Positions 17,488-26,320 of a DNA stretch of 64,000 nt are shown here, piece after piece. Under the pieces are notes generated by a model that ran no database searches, was not told the DNA's origin, and worked only from the letters and a program-made list of their open reading frames with translations. The stretch lies in IMG/VR virus record IMGVR_UViG_3300034117_002447, positions 124,001-188,000 of that record; one strand, written 5' to 3'. Made by a program: the position numbers and the translations under genes. Position 1 is the first letter of the stretch; each line of letters opens with the position of its first letter.

Positions 17488-17535
17488 ACATAAAAAAATC
17501 CGAGATCGGTAGCGACACTTTTCTCGGATTTTGTG
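17488..17535. terminator. Terminator-like long hairpin with 16-nt loop between convergent genes
   Basis: aaaatccgaga-tcggtagcgacacttt-tctcggatttt. Confidence 0.7.
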
Positions 17536-17569
17536 TTACTTGCGTAACTTTACGGTCCTAAGTCCGTTA

Positions 17570-17758
17570 TTAGTGTTGATAATCGTCTTCGTAATCTTCT
17601 TCGTCTTCTTCTGCTTCACAATGTTCTTTACAATCAGAGCAAATATCGCCCATCATAATAGGAGCACCGCAACAGTTTGAAGTCTCACCAGAGAAAGCAT
17701 CACTTGGATCCCAGCTCTCGTTTACGAATTTCGTAAAACTGTTAACTAAATTTTTCAT
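17570..17758 (-). CDS. Small Cys-rich acidic protein, capsid-targeting-like N-terminus
   Basis: MKNLVNSFTKFVNES; SNCCGAP...ICSDCKEHC. Confidence 0.8.
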   Translation of the reverse strand: MKNLVNSFTKFVNESWDPSDAFSGETSNCCGAPIMMGDICSDCKEHCEAEEDEEDYEDDYQH

Positions 17759-17778
17759 GTTACCAGAGTTGATATTTT

Positions 17779-18240
17779 TTAAGGTTCGTACTCTTCAGAG
17801 GTCTCATCATCTGCTAACCCTAAGGCTTCAGAATTAAAGTTGTCCCAAGCTTTAATAGAGTCTTTCATTGTCTTATTAAGTTCAACTAATTCGCTCTTTA
17901 ATGTCTCGACCTTTGTTTTATCAGCCTCTTCGACTGGACTCTTACGAATCTCATTAGGAATTTCTAAAAATTCTTCTTGTTTCTTTTTAAAGGCTTTAAT
18001 TGCATCTCTTCTAGCTGTGTCTAGTTCTTGATACTTTTCAATTTCTGATTCGGCTGTGTCGTCTTCAACCGGAGCCTCTGCTGGAATCCCGGCATCAACT
18101 GGAGTCTCAGCTGGAACTTCTGCAACCGGTTCCGCTGGAACTTCTGCTGGAGCTTCAACTGGAGCGTCTGGTGTTACCGGCGTATCAACTGCCTCTAGTT
18201 TCTCAGATTCATCAAGCCATTGTTGATATTTATGAATCAT
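17779..18240 (-). CDS. Pro/Ala/Glu-rich coiled-coil late protein, capsid-targeting-like N-terminus
   Basis: MIHKYQQWLDES; PAE repeats; late box at 18258. Confidence 0.8.
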   Translation of the reverse strand: MIHKYQQWLDESEKLEAVDTPVTPDAPVEAPAEVPAEPVAEVPAETPVDAGIPAEAPVEDDTAESEIEKYQELDTARRDAIKAFKKKQEEFLEIPNEIRKSPVEEADKTKVETLKSELVELNKTMKDSIKAWDNFNSEALGLADDETSEEYEP

Positions 18241-18291
18241 TACTTATGATTTTCTTGTTATTTATCTGCGCTTGGGATAAATAAACCTGTA

Positions 18292-19089
18292 ATGAAACTT
18301 TTATCAACATATAGCGATTGGTTAAATGAAAATCATAATCCAAGACCCCTAAGGAAGTTAACGGAACTTGATATTAACAGAAAATTCGGACGTAATCCAC
18401 AAACTGGAGATAAGTACGAAACTGAGCTATTTCCAATGTTTAGAAGACTAAAACCTCGAATTGAGGCTCTGTCTAAAAAACCTAGCCTTGAAGAATGGTT
18501 CGCAATGATGCAGAATTCAGATAATCAATTTTACTCAATGGTTCAGGCAGATACACTTGCCCAGCCAGACGTCAGAGAATTATGGAGAGACTTAACTGGT
18601 CAACGTGCTTCAAAAATGAAGAAGTATAACTTATCTGAAAGCGCAGAGGATGCGGTTTGGAAAAGCGAAATTGATCCCGAATGGACAGTCATTGTTCTTT
18701 TCTCGGACGATGAGCTCTATGCAAAAGTTGCAAAAATATTTGATAGCTTAGGAATTGCTTTCGCTGATATGGTTTCAAAAACAATATTCGTCGATGGACA
18801 GGAAGTTGAGTCTCAGAATCTAGGAGACGACCATCTGTTGGCAATCGAAGCACATGAAATTTCGCATTCACTACTAAATCACGGAGGCTCTGACCGAGGA
18901 ATGGCAGCTTACGACGAGAGACAGGAGAGAGAAGCTGACTGGTTAGCTATCCGAATCCTAGAGAATTTAGGATACGGTGAAGCTTCTGCAATTTTAGAGA
19001 AACGATATAACGAATACTATGACGAGCAATCGTCAGAACTTGAGAACACAGACACACTTGAAGTGGCACTTCAAGATTACGTCAACTAA
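18292..19089 (+). CDS. Late protein with C-terminal HExxH zinc-metallopeptidase-like domain
   Basis: MKLLSTYSDWLNEN; AHEISH...EREADWLAIRIL. Confidence 0.75.
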   Translation: MKLLSTYSDWLNENHNPRPLRKLTELDINRKFGRNPQTGDKYETELFPMFRRLKPRIEALSKKPSLEEWFAMMQNSDNQFYSMVQADTLAQPDVRELWRDLTGQRASKMKKYNLSESAEDAVWKSEIDPEWTVIVLFSDDELYAKVAKIFDSLGIAFADMVSKTIFVDGQEVESQNLGDDHLLAIEAHEISHSLLNHGGSDRGMAAYDERQEREADWLAIRILENLGYGEASAILEKRYNEYYDEQSSELENTDTLEVALQDYVN

Positions 19090-19096
19090 AAAAATC

Positions 19097-19405
19097 ATGG
19101 CTAATATGAAAATTCAAAATCTCGGAGACATTAAGAAGTTTTCATTCGGTGAAATGACATCAAACGACAGCGGTAAAACATCTGGAACATCAAGCGCTGG
19201 ACTTTACATCATTTTTATTGGAGGAATCTGTTTTTTTCTAGGTTGCATTGACAAAATGTTTATAGACAAGTCTATTGACATTATTAATCAATCAGTAATG
19301 TTCACTACAATTGGAGCAGCTCTACTTGGAGTTAAGAACATAGTTAATGGGAAAAAGGTTAAGGCTAAAGAAGAACCTACTTCACCTGAACCTTTAAATT
19401 CTTAA
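19097..19405 (+). CDS. Two-TM membrane protein (possible holin)
   Basis: AGLYIIFIGGICFFLGCI and VMFTTIGAALLGV, charged C-terminus. Confidence 0.65.
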   Translation: MANMKIQNLGDIKKFSFGEMTSNDSGKTSGTSSAGLYIIFIGGICFFLGCIDKMFIDKSIDIINQSVMFTTIGAALLGVKNIVNGKKVKAKEEPTSPEPLNS

Positions 19406-19408
19406 TTT

Positions 19409-19438
19409 AAAAAGCAATCGCCCCAATGGGGCGATTGT
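19409..19438. terminator. Intrinsic terminator between convergent genes
   Basis: gcaatcgcccc-aat-ggggcgattgt. Confidence 0.8.
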
Positions 19439-19447
19439 TGTGTGAAG

Positions 19448-19636
19448 TCATTTGATATGACCAGTAATCTCTTTGTAATACGCCCATAACTCTTGGCACT
19501 TTTCGTATTCTTCCTTGCTTTCCAAGTACTTAATTATATCTAGGACTTCATTCCAGTAGGCGGATGTGATTCCTTTTTTATCGACATCTTTATACTTTCT
19601 AGTCCATTCTCTCTCGTTTGCTATATCGATTGCCAT
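19448..19636 (-). CDS. Small protein with UVR-like EEYEKC motif
   Basis: IKYLESKEEYEKCQEL. Confidence 0.65.
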   Translation of the reverse strand: MAIDIANEREWTRKYKDVDKKGITSAYWNEVLDIIKYLESKEEYEKCQELWAYYKEITGHIK

Positions 19637-20594
19637 GACTGTACCCGAATTTTTGGCGAGGCTGTACCTCTATAGTATATTTAACCTTGGATCCAAGTAA
19701 TTCAGTAATGCATTCAACGAAATCCGCTGTGTGTAGACTTAGAACAGAGTCGTAATGGTCATCCCGATAACCTCCAAAAAGAGCACATGAAACCGGTAGA
19801 GGTTTTCCCAATAATTCGTCCATTTCTTTTACCCATCTCCAAAAAAGAGTAGAGCAAGCAACCCAATAATCAGTTTCGCATTGGCTTCCTAAGTTGTCAT
19901 CTGCATGAGAATCCGCTCCGTGACACCAAACAACATAGCCAATTTTACCGGCAAGGATCGCCGCCTTTGTTCGTTCCAACCAAATTGCCAAATCTTCTAA
20001 GTATCGATCATCATGGCCTATTGGATTAATATTGAAATCTCTAGGAACTGCCTTATTTAAGTCTTTGCAAAAAGTTCGGCTGTCCTCAATTGAATTTCCG
20101 AAATGACCGTCAAGATCAAAGTACGCTCCGCTTAATCCAAACTCTTCGTATATTTTAAGTGATGCAATTACCTGTCCACTAAACGTACAGAAACCGCTGC
20201 CTCCGCTTGGGCGAGCATGGTGAAATCCACTGGTTGGGCTGAAGCTTACTTGATCTGGATTTACGATTGAATTTCTGATCGCTGAGTACAACGAAGAGTT
20301 TGTGTATCTTATTGATTCAGCGAATTGAGGTGACCAAGACAATCCATTAGAACAGTATCGACCCCTTCCTTTGAAAAAGTCTTTCACGTAACTTTTTTCA
20401 TGGGCAATTCTGAAATCAGCATTCGAATATGGATTAAACTCTGAAGTAATTTCAAAATTATCAATTAGTCCGTGCATTTCAAGGTATTCCAATAAAAGCT
20501 TAGGCTTTAATGGAGACTTGCTGTAATTTGAAGTTTTATCGTTTTGTAAAACCTGCTTTGGATTATAAAACGTCTTTATTTTAGTAGATCGCAT
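19599..20594 (-). CDS. Zn-dependent histone deacetylase family (HDAC/AcuC-like) protein
   Basis: GFHHA, GSGFC, DLDGHFGN, GADSHADD, GGY. Confidence 0.93.
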   Translation of the reverse strand: MRSTKIKTFYNPKQVLQNDKTSNYSKSPLKPKLLLEYLEMHGLIDNFEITSEFNPYSNADFRIAHEKSYVKDFFKGRGRYCSNGLSWSPQFAESIRYTNSSLYSAIRNSIVNPDQVSFSPTSGFHHARPSGGSGFCTFSGQVIASLKIYEEFGLSGAYFDLDGHFGNSIEDSRTFCKDLNKAVPRDFNINPIGHDDRYLEDLAIWLERTKAAILAGKIGYVVWCHGADSHADDNLGSQCETDYWVACSTLFWRWVKEMDELLGKPLPVSCALFGGYRDDHYDSVLSLHTADFVECITELLGSKVKYTIEVQPRQKFGYSHGNRYSKRERMD

Positions 20595-20678
20595 AATTAG
20601 GTCTTTTGTTAAATATAATATACCAAAAAAGCCCGATTAATATCAGGCTTTCTGTATTCTACCAATAGACTTCGTGAA

Positions 20679-21389
20679 TTAGCTTCGAATATTCTTATTT
20701 TTAAAAAAATCGTCCAAGTCTTCCATGTGCTCGAATAGTTCAGTTGAACTAAGTGGAGGTAAATTATCCAGGTCAGATTTTGGAAAAACGCCAGTAACAA
20801 ATGAATAAGTGGTTAACTCATTCGCTAGGGTTCTGATAAAATCAAAAAGGCTCCAGCTCGTAATTCCACCGAACTGCGATTCCATAGATTCGTCAACGTA
20901 CTCAAGAAGATCATCGATGACCAGAGGCTTGTCTAATAGCTGGGTGATTGATATTTCGTGGATGCTGATGAATTCATCTTCATCAGAGCCTTCATCGCCA
21001 GATTCATCTAGTGCCATCAGAGTAGGATACGCGTCAAGTTCAGCATCTTCCTCGTCGAGTGGCTTAACTTGGCCGACCCACAACATACAAATTAAACCAA
21101 CCTCTTCAATTGAGTCTTCACGGTCCGCTCCAAATAATGAATCTAGTAGACCCTCAAATGAAACTGTTTTTAGATAATTAATAAAAACAAAATTAATTTG
21201 TTCAGCGTAAGGTTTTAATAGAGTAAGTACCTCCCGAATGGTTACACCTTCCTCAACGAATACTTCGTACGGTAAGTACCAAGTAATAGGTAATTCAGAT
21301 TTGGAAATATCTCGGTCTTGCCAGTCTTCTGCCGTTTCATCCCAGAAGGAGACTTGAATGGATTTCTTATGGAATGTGATCTTTTGCAT
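20679..21389 (-). CDS. Very acidic hypothetical protein
   Basis: 236-aa ORF; ATAGATAA variant box upstream. Confidence 0.8.
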   Translation of the reverse strand: MQKITFHKKSIQVSFWDETAEDWQDRDISKSELPITWYLPYEVFVEEGVTIREVLTLLKPYAEQINFVFINYLKTVSFEGLLDSLFGADREDSIEEVGLICMLWVGQVKPLDEEDAELDAYPTLMALDESGDEGSDEDEFISIHEISITQLLDKPLVIDDLLEYVDESMESQFGGITSWSLFDFIRTLANELTTYSFVTGVFPKSDLDNLPPLSSTELFEHMEDLDDFFKNKNIRS

Positions 21390-21471
21390 AATTTCGTTTT
21401 GTTTATCTATTTTACTACATTAGTACCACCGGATTCATGAATAAATAACTCAAAGAAATTTTTATTACATT

Positions 21472-23442
21472 ATGATAAATTCCTTAAGAGACATAGTTAA
21501 CGAGTCCGCTTTTAATCAAGACGGCCTGGTTGGCGAAATGGGAGTTAAACGACCAGAGAGACTTGCTCAAAGTCACATGGGTAGAGTTAGACAATCAACA
21601 ATTGACAGAAATCAACAATTAGCAAACAGGCCAGAGACCCGATCGTTTGCGGAAATTTCAGTAGATCTAGTTAGAGCCCTTAAGGGAGTTCGACGATTGG
21701 ATATTACAATGGAAAAACCTTCAAACTCCAGAGATTATTACCCTAAATTTCCACAACCTATCGTTGACTTAATGGCTGAACTTAAAAATGTTGACGCTAG
21801 CCGATTCGCTAATGAATTCGGAAGATGGAGAGACGTTTACCCAGGAGACGATAATGCAATTCACTTTCGTACTGAAGGACCTTCGGATTTTCAACGAAGC
21901 CACTTTCCAAATGGAGGTATTCCAAGCGGATTAAGAGGAGCTGGTTTGGGTTATAAAATGTACCGAACTCTATTAAAATACGCAGACTATATTTCGTCTA
22001 ATCCATCTGGTACTACTGAGAAGGATAAAGCATGGGGATCAATGTTGACTTACAAATCCAACCCAGATGGCTCTCCATCAGAAGATGATGCTCACGCAAT
22101 TATCGGCGCAGGCAACTGGATGGCAATGGATAAATCCATGTCAACCGCTGCAAAAATTGATGTGGCTAACAGATTTATTGAAAGAGTAATTGGTAGAGAT
22201 AAAACAAAGCCTGATCGTTTTGATATGGACGATGAATTACTTGCAATTTTACCCGATGAATCACTAGTTCTATTAAATAGAGATTATCTTAATTCATTAG
22301 TTACGGATAATCGATTAACACCTGAAAGAGTTCAGGCTATCTTGGCTGCACGAACTGAGGCTCAACGAAGAGAAGAAGAACAAAGAGAACGTGAAAGAGT
22401 TGAAGCAGCTGAACGTAGAACTCGTGAAGAGGCAGCAACTCGTCAAAGACTAGCTGACCGAATTACACAATACGGAGCAGATCCTGATGCTGAATGGAAC
22501 GTTGGAGACTTTATCGTAGTTAAGAGCTACTTATACGATGCATCATATTCGTCTCTACCAATTCGACGAGTTATTTTAGATAGAAATGGTTCGTATGTCG
22601 CTGCCTCAATTTCTAATGCTATACAGATTGACAATGGTAACCTTGAGCCAGGAAATGCTGGAGATACTAGAACGACTACCGATAAATCACAATGGATTAA
22701 AGTAATCCCAGAAGCAATTCCGGATCTTAGTCGTGTTAATTTATCAACAGTTGAACAAGAGTACATGAGATCATTCATTGATCCTGAGGAAATTGAAAGA
22801 CGTCGAGAAACTGAAAGACAGGCTGCTATTACTAGAAGAGAAGCTGAACGTACTCAAAATGCAGAACGAGCTACTCGACCTGGAGTATTTGCGGAAATGC
22901 CACAGAGCGGATCTGATCTTAAACGTCGAGTTGAAGCACGTGGACTCTTACCGGAACTTGACTTATTGAAAAAGATTAGAACCGGCGACTTTGCTAAGTT
23001 CATTGTACTAGGTCCTCAAGAGAGAGAAGCGTTTAGATCATCTTTTGGTATCCCAGTTTATGTAGCATTCAGTAGAGCAGGAAGATCAATTCGTCCAGTA
23101 GATTCAGTTGACGACCTATTGAACCGCACTGGTTACGATGCTAAATTAATAAACGTTGTAACTGGCCATATTATCGAAAGACCATTTGCTGGTCTTGGAC
23201 TGATGGCATACGAATTGGAAACAGTAACTGAGGAAGATAAATTAAGAGCTAGAGCAGGAGACCGTTACTATATCGCTAATCACATGAATAATTGGGGAAT
23301 CTTTGCTAGTTGCGATTACACTACCCGAAATACAGCAAATCAGCCATTTATCTACTTAAATACATTCGGTGGAGCTACTCGACCTACACCAGTTAGATTA
23401 GATCTTTTACGTAAAGTATCAGGTCAGCCTATTGAATTGTAA
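21472..23442 (+). CDS. Large late protein with GNAT-like acetyltransferase domain and coiled coils
   Basis: MINSLRDIVNES; IPSGLRGAGLGYKMYRTLL...ISS...T.E..KAW (acetyl-CoA-binding RGxGxG-like motif); R/E-rich helices. Confidence 0.65.
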   Translation: MINSLRDIVNESAFNQDGLVGEMGVKRPERLAQSHMGRVRQSTIDRNQQLANRPETRSFAEISVDLVRALKGVRRLDITMEKPSNSRDYYPKFPQPIVDLMAELKNVDASRFANEFGRWRDVYPGDDNAIHFRTEGPSDFQRSHFPNGGIPSGLRGAGLGYKMYRTLLKYADYISSNPSGTTEKDKAWGSMLTYKSNPDGSPSEDDAHAIIGAGNWMAMDKSMSTAAKIDVANRFIERVIGRDKTKPDRFDMDDELLAILPDESLVLLNRDYLNSLVTDNRLTPERVQAILAARTEAQRREEEQRERERVEAAERRTREEAATRQRLADRITQYGADPDAEWNVGDFIVVKSYLYDASYSSLPIRRVILDRNGSYVAASISNAIQIDNGNLEPGNAGDTRTTTDKSQWIKVIPEAIPDLSRVNLSTVEQEYMRSFIDPEEIERRRETERQAAITRREAERTQNAERATRPGVFAEMPQSGSDLKRRVEARGLLPELDLLKKIRTGDFAKFIVLGPQEREAFRSSFGIPVYVAFSRAGRSIRPVDSVDDLLNRTGYDAKLINVVTGHIIERPFAGLGLMAYELETVTEEDKLRARAGDRYYIANHMNNWGIFASCDYTTRNTANQPFIYLNTFGGATRPTPVRLDLLRKVSGQPIEL

Positions 23443-24184
23443 TAGGAGGATTCTTTTTATAAAAGTCAGCTAATCTTTCTCTGAATTTATAATAGTACTC
23501 ACGCATTTCGACCTGGTCCATTCTAAAGTACTGGGGTTGAAGGTGCATTTCGTTTGAGATCCAAATTCGGCAAGTAACAGCTTTGATCTGCATTCTATCC
23601 CAAACGGCAACTGAATACGCAGCGACCTGATGCTTGTAATCCTCAATCCATTTCTCTTCCTTGGGTTTACGCGCTGTTTTAAAATCAACTATTGCAACGT
23701 CATTAGTTATTAACTCAGAAACATTATCGACTGTGCCAGCATAACCGCCGTCTCTTGGAGTCCATAGAAATCTTTCTTGTGCAATTACTCTCTTTATTTC
23801 ATCGAATGAGTTTGACTTAACGAAGTTGTAGAATAACATTCCACCCACAATTTTGGCTCTACTGTCAAACTCGTCAATTTCATCGTCTAACCTAGATAGC
23901 AAAAGACACTCTTCTAATCGATCCTTGGGTTTCATAGACGCGGGCAAACTTAAATAGAGTTCACACAACCTGTGCATGACCGTTCCGCGATTGGCGGCAT
24001 CTCGACCTATTCGATCAGCTGCCTCATGTCCTACCCGGTTTCGCCAAGCATCAAGACCTGTCTTATCGGAGGTTTCTCCAAGAACTGAAGTGACGCTTGG
24101 GAATGTGCCAATTATCCCAGATGAGTCAGATACTTCGTAATACCTAAATCCGTTTAACTCTACTCTCTTTATTTTCTCACTCAT
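23429..24184 (-). CDS. PD-(D/E)xK exonuclease (Cas4-like, T4-like phage type)
   Basis: FPSVTSVL, RGTVMH, AGTVD, IVDFKT, QVAAY. Confidence 0.88.
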   Translation of the reverse strand: MSEKIKRVELNGFRYYEVSDSSGIIGTFPSVTSVLGETSDKTGLDAWRNRVGHEAADRIGRDAANRGTVMHRLCELYLSLPASMKPKDRLEECLLLSRLDDEIDEFDSRAKIVGGMLFYNFVKSNSFDEIKRVIAQERFLWTPRDGGYAGTVDNVSELITNDVAIVDFKTARKPKEEKWIEDYKHQVAAYSVAVWDRMQIKAVTCRIWISNEMHLQPQYFRMDQVEMREYYYKFRERLADFYKKNPPITIQ

Positions 24185-24235
24185 TAAGGATAAATAATTT
24201 AGTATCTATTACAAAATAAACAGGTAAAGTTTAAC

Positions 24236-24601
24236 ATGATTCATAATTTTAATCAATTCACAGAAAAAACAAATGAGGGTTTTTGGGACTGGCTTACCGG
24301 CAAGAAGGAAGAGACCTCTGCTCAGAAAAAAGAAGACGGCACACTCCTAGACGATAAGGTCGAAGCGTTCTATGCTACATTGGAGGATTTTGCAAATTCT
24401 GGAAAATCAGTAGCTGTCCAAAACGGCGGAACCTATACCTATTCTAAATTAGTAGAAGACATTCAAGCAGCGCTAGAGTTCTTAGGTTACGAATTACCTG
24501 AACACGGAGTTGATGGTTATTTTGGACCAGAAACAGCAATAGCTATTCAGAAATTCAATGAGGATACTACAAAAATCAGCACTTCAGATAATGGAAAATA
24601 A
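24236..24601 (+). CDS. Peptidoglycan-binding-domain protein, capsid-targeting-like N-terminus
   Basis: MIHNFNQFTEKTNE; IQAALEFLGY...GVDGYFGPETAIAIQKF. Confidence 0.85.
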   Translation: MIHNFNQFTEKTNEGFWDWLTGKKEETSAQKKEDGTLLDDKVEAFYATLEDFANSGKSVAVQNGGTYTYSKLVEDIQAALEFLGYELPEHGVDGYFGPETAIAIQKFNEDTTKISTSDNGK

Positions 24602-25844
24602 GATATTAAATTTCAAACAGTTTTTAACTGAAGCCGCAAATGGCCGACTTGATACTACTGGATTAGAACCTATCGCTGGTGCAGGACAACCGACTAAAGG
24701 TCATAAATTAAATTCAATTGCAGCGAAAGCATACGAAGAAATGAGAGCTGCTGCCGAAGCAGACGGAATAACTTGGGGAATTACTGACTCGTACAGAGAT
24801 TACGATTCGCAAGTTGATGTCGCTGCACGTAAAGGTCTCTATAAAAATGGAGGACTTGCGGCAGTTCCTGGAACTTCCAATCACGGATGGGGAAGCGCTC
24901 TTGACTTAGACCTTAGTGCTGAAGCTCTTCAGTGGTTGAAGGACAATGCTGCAACTTATGGATTCACAAATATTCCAAGAGAGTCTTGGCATTGGGAACA
25001 CAAAGGCAGCGTTGAATTTGCAAAGACTGGTAAAGAGGGAGCCGGTCGAACTACTGACTCTGTTTTAATTGATGCAAATCTTATTAACCGACTAATCACA
25101 GCCCTTAAAGATAAAAACTTTTCACAAGCTGATCTAGATAAACACACAACTCTTACCCCAGGAAAAGGGCAGAATTTTAAATCTACCTCAAAATTCCCTG
25201 AAGAAAATATGGATGCCTTACTAAAGGCGATGGATCAAAACGGAATAACTAATGAATTTGCTAGAAAGGCAGTACTTGGAGTTATTTCAAAAGAGTCTCC
25301 TAATTTAACTAGTGAAATTTCTTATTTCGGTACCCCTATTTCAAGAATACGTGAGGTATTTCCAAGCAAATTATCCCAATACACCGATGAACAAATTGAG
25401 GGTTGGAGGACCCAAGGCCAAGAATTATTCGATAGCCTATTTTGGGAAGCAGTATACGGTGGAAAATACGGAAACGTTTCTCCAGGAGACGGAGCTAAGT
25501 ATAGAGGCCGTGGATTTAATGGAATAACGTTTAAAGGAAATTACGAAAATCTTCAAAGAATATACGACCAAATGGGAGCTAAACTTGGAAAAGTTAATAT
25601 TGTTGAGAATCCTGAAGAATTGGAAAAACCTGAAGTTGCAGCAGAATTCGCAGTAATTTATTTCATTGATTCGTTTGATCGCAAAGGAAAAGATCCAAAT
25701 GCATATACTGACTTAGACAGTGCAGTACAAGACTACGTTCAGGCAAATGCCGGATGGGGCTCTTCATTGGGATCAACTGTCGGTAGAGAAGCTATAGCGA
25801 AAGCAAGCGCCTTCGCTAAGAGCCTAGATGCAGAAGTTGCTTAA
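24591..25844 (+). CDS. Bifunctional cell-wall hydrolase: M15B D,D-peptidase plus GH19-like glycoside hydrolase
   Basis: MENKILNFKQFLTE; DSYR, PGTSNHGWGSALD, ESWHW; YRGRGFNGITFKGNY. Confidence 0.88.
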   Translation: MENKILNFKQFLTEAANGRLDTTGLEPIAGAGQPTKGHKLNSIAAKAYEEMRAAAEADGITWGITDSYRDYDSQVDVAARKGLYKNGGLAAVPGTSNHGWGSALDLDLSAEALQWLKDNAATYGFTNIPRESWHWEHKGSVEFAKTGKEGAGRTTDSVLIDANLINRLITALKDKNFSQADLDKHTTLTPGKGQNFKSTSKFPEENMDALLKAMDQNGITNEFARKAVLGVISKESPNLTSEISYFGTPISRIREVFPSKLSQYTDEQIEGWRTQGQELFDSLFWEAVYGGKYGNVSPGDGAKYRGRGFNGITFKGNYENLQRIYDQMGAKLGKVNIVENPEELEKPEVAAEFAVIYFIDSFDRKGKDPNAYTDLDSAVQDYVQANAGWGSSLGSTVGREAIAKASAFAKSLDAEVA

Positions 25845-26200
25845 TTTAAGCGGTAATTCTTAAAGTGAGTTGGAATACTTATCGTTTCATCATACCATTC
25901 GAATGAGTCAAGGTTAACCTCTTTCATTGATTCAAGCAGAGCATCATACTCCATTCCAGTTTCGTAATAGTTTGCAACGAACCATGCAACTCTCTCTTCG
26001 TATGTAGCTTCGCGATTCGCTTGATCGTCTAAATAGAATTCACGATTAGGATCGCCGTTCTCAGCGTTATCTCTCCCAAGAGCAGACTTAACCCAGTTAG
26101 CTAATTGTTCATCCGCACACGTTGCAACGGTTCCTTCTTGACTAATTGATCCAGTATCTGGGTCAATGTCTCTAAATTTTACTAGTATCATAGATTCCAT
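25841..26200 (-). CDS. Hypothetical protein
   Basis: 119-aa ORF. Confidence 0.7.
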   Translation of the reverse strand: MESMILVKFRDIDPDTGSISQEGTVATCADEQLANWVKSALGRDNAENGDPNREFYLDDQANREATYEERVAWFVANYYETGMEYDALLESMKEVNLDSFEWYDETISIPTHFKNYRLN

Positions 26201-26319
26201 TTGTTTTTAATTTTAATAAAGTACTGATCCTGCTTACGACCGTTTACGAAAAACCAGCCAATGTACAAATCCCAAAACTGTTCAAGTCTTTTGATCCTGG
26301 ATAAAGTTTCAGTTTTCAT
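26188..26319 (-). CDS. Small hypothetical protein (43 aa, not in ORF track)
   Basis: MKTETLSRIKRLEQFWDLYIGWFFVNGRKQ...; fills the gap between thyA and the next gene with coupled ends. Confidence 0.6.
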   Translation of the reverse strand: MKTETLSRIKRLEQFWDLYIGWFFVNGRKQDQYFIKIKNKWNL

Positions 26320-26320
26320 G

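Noticed and set aside
23429-24184. Cas4 as part of a CRISPR system
   Set aside because: No cas1/cas2 or array; motifs fit stand-alone phage PD-(D/E)xK exonucleases
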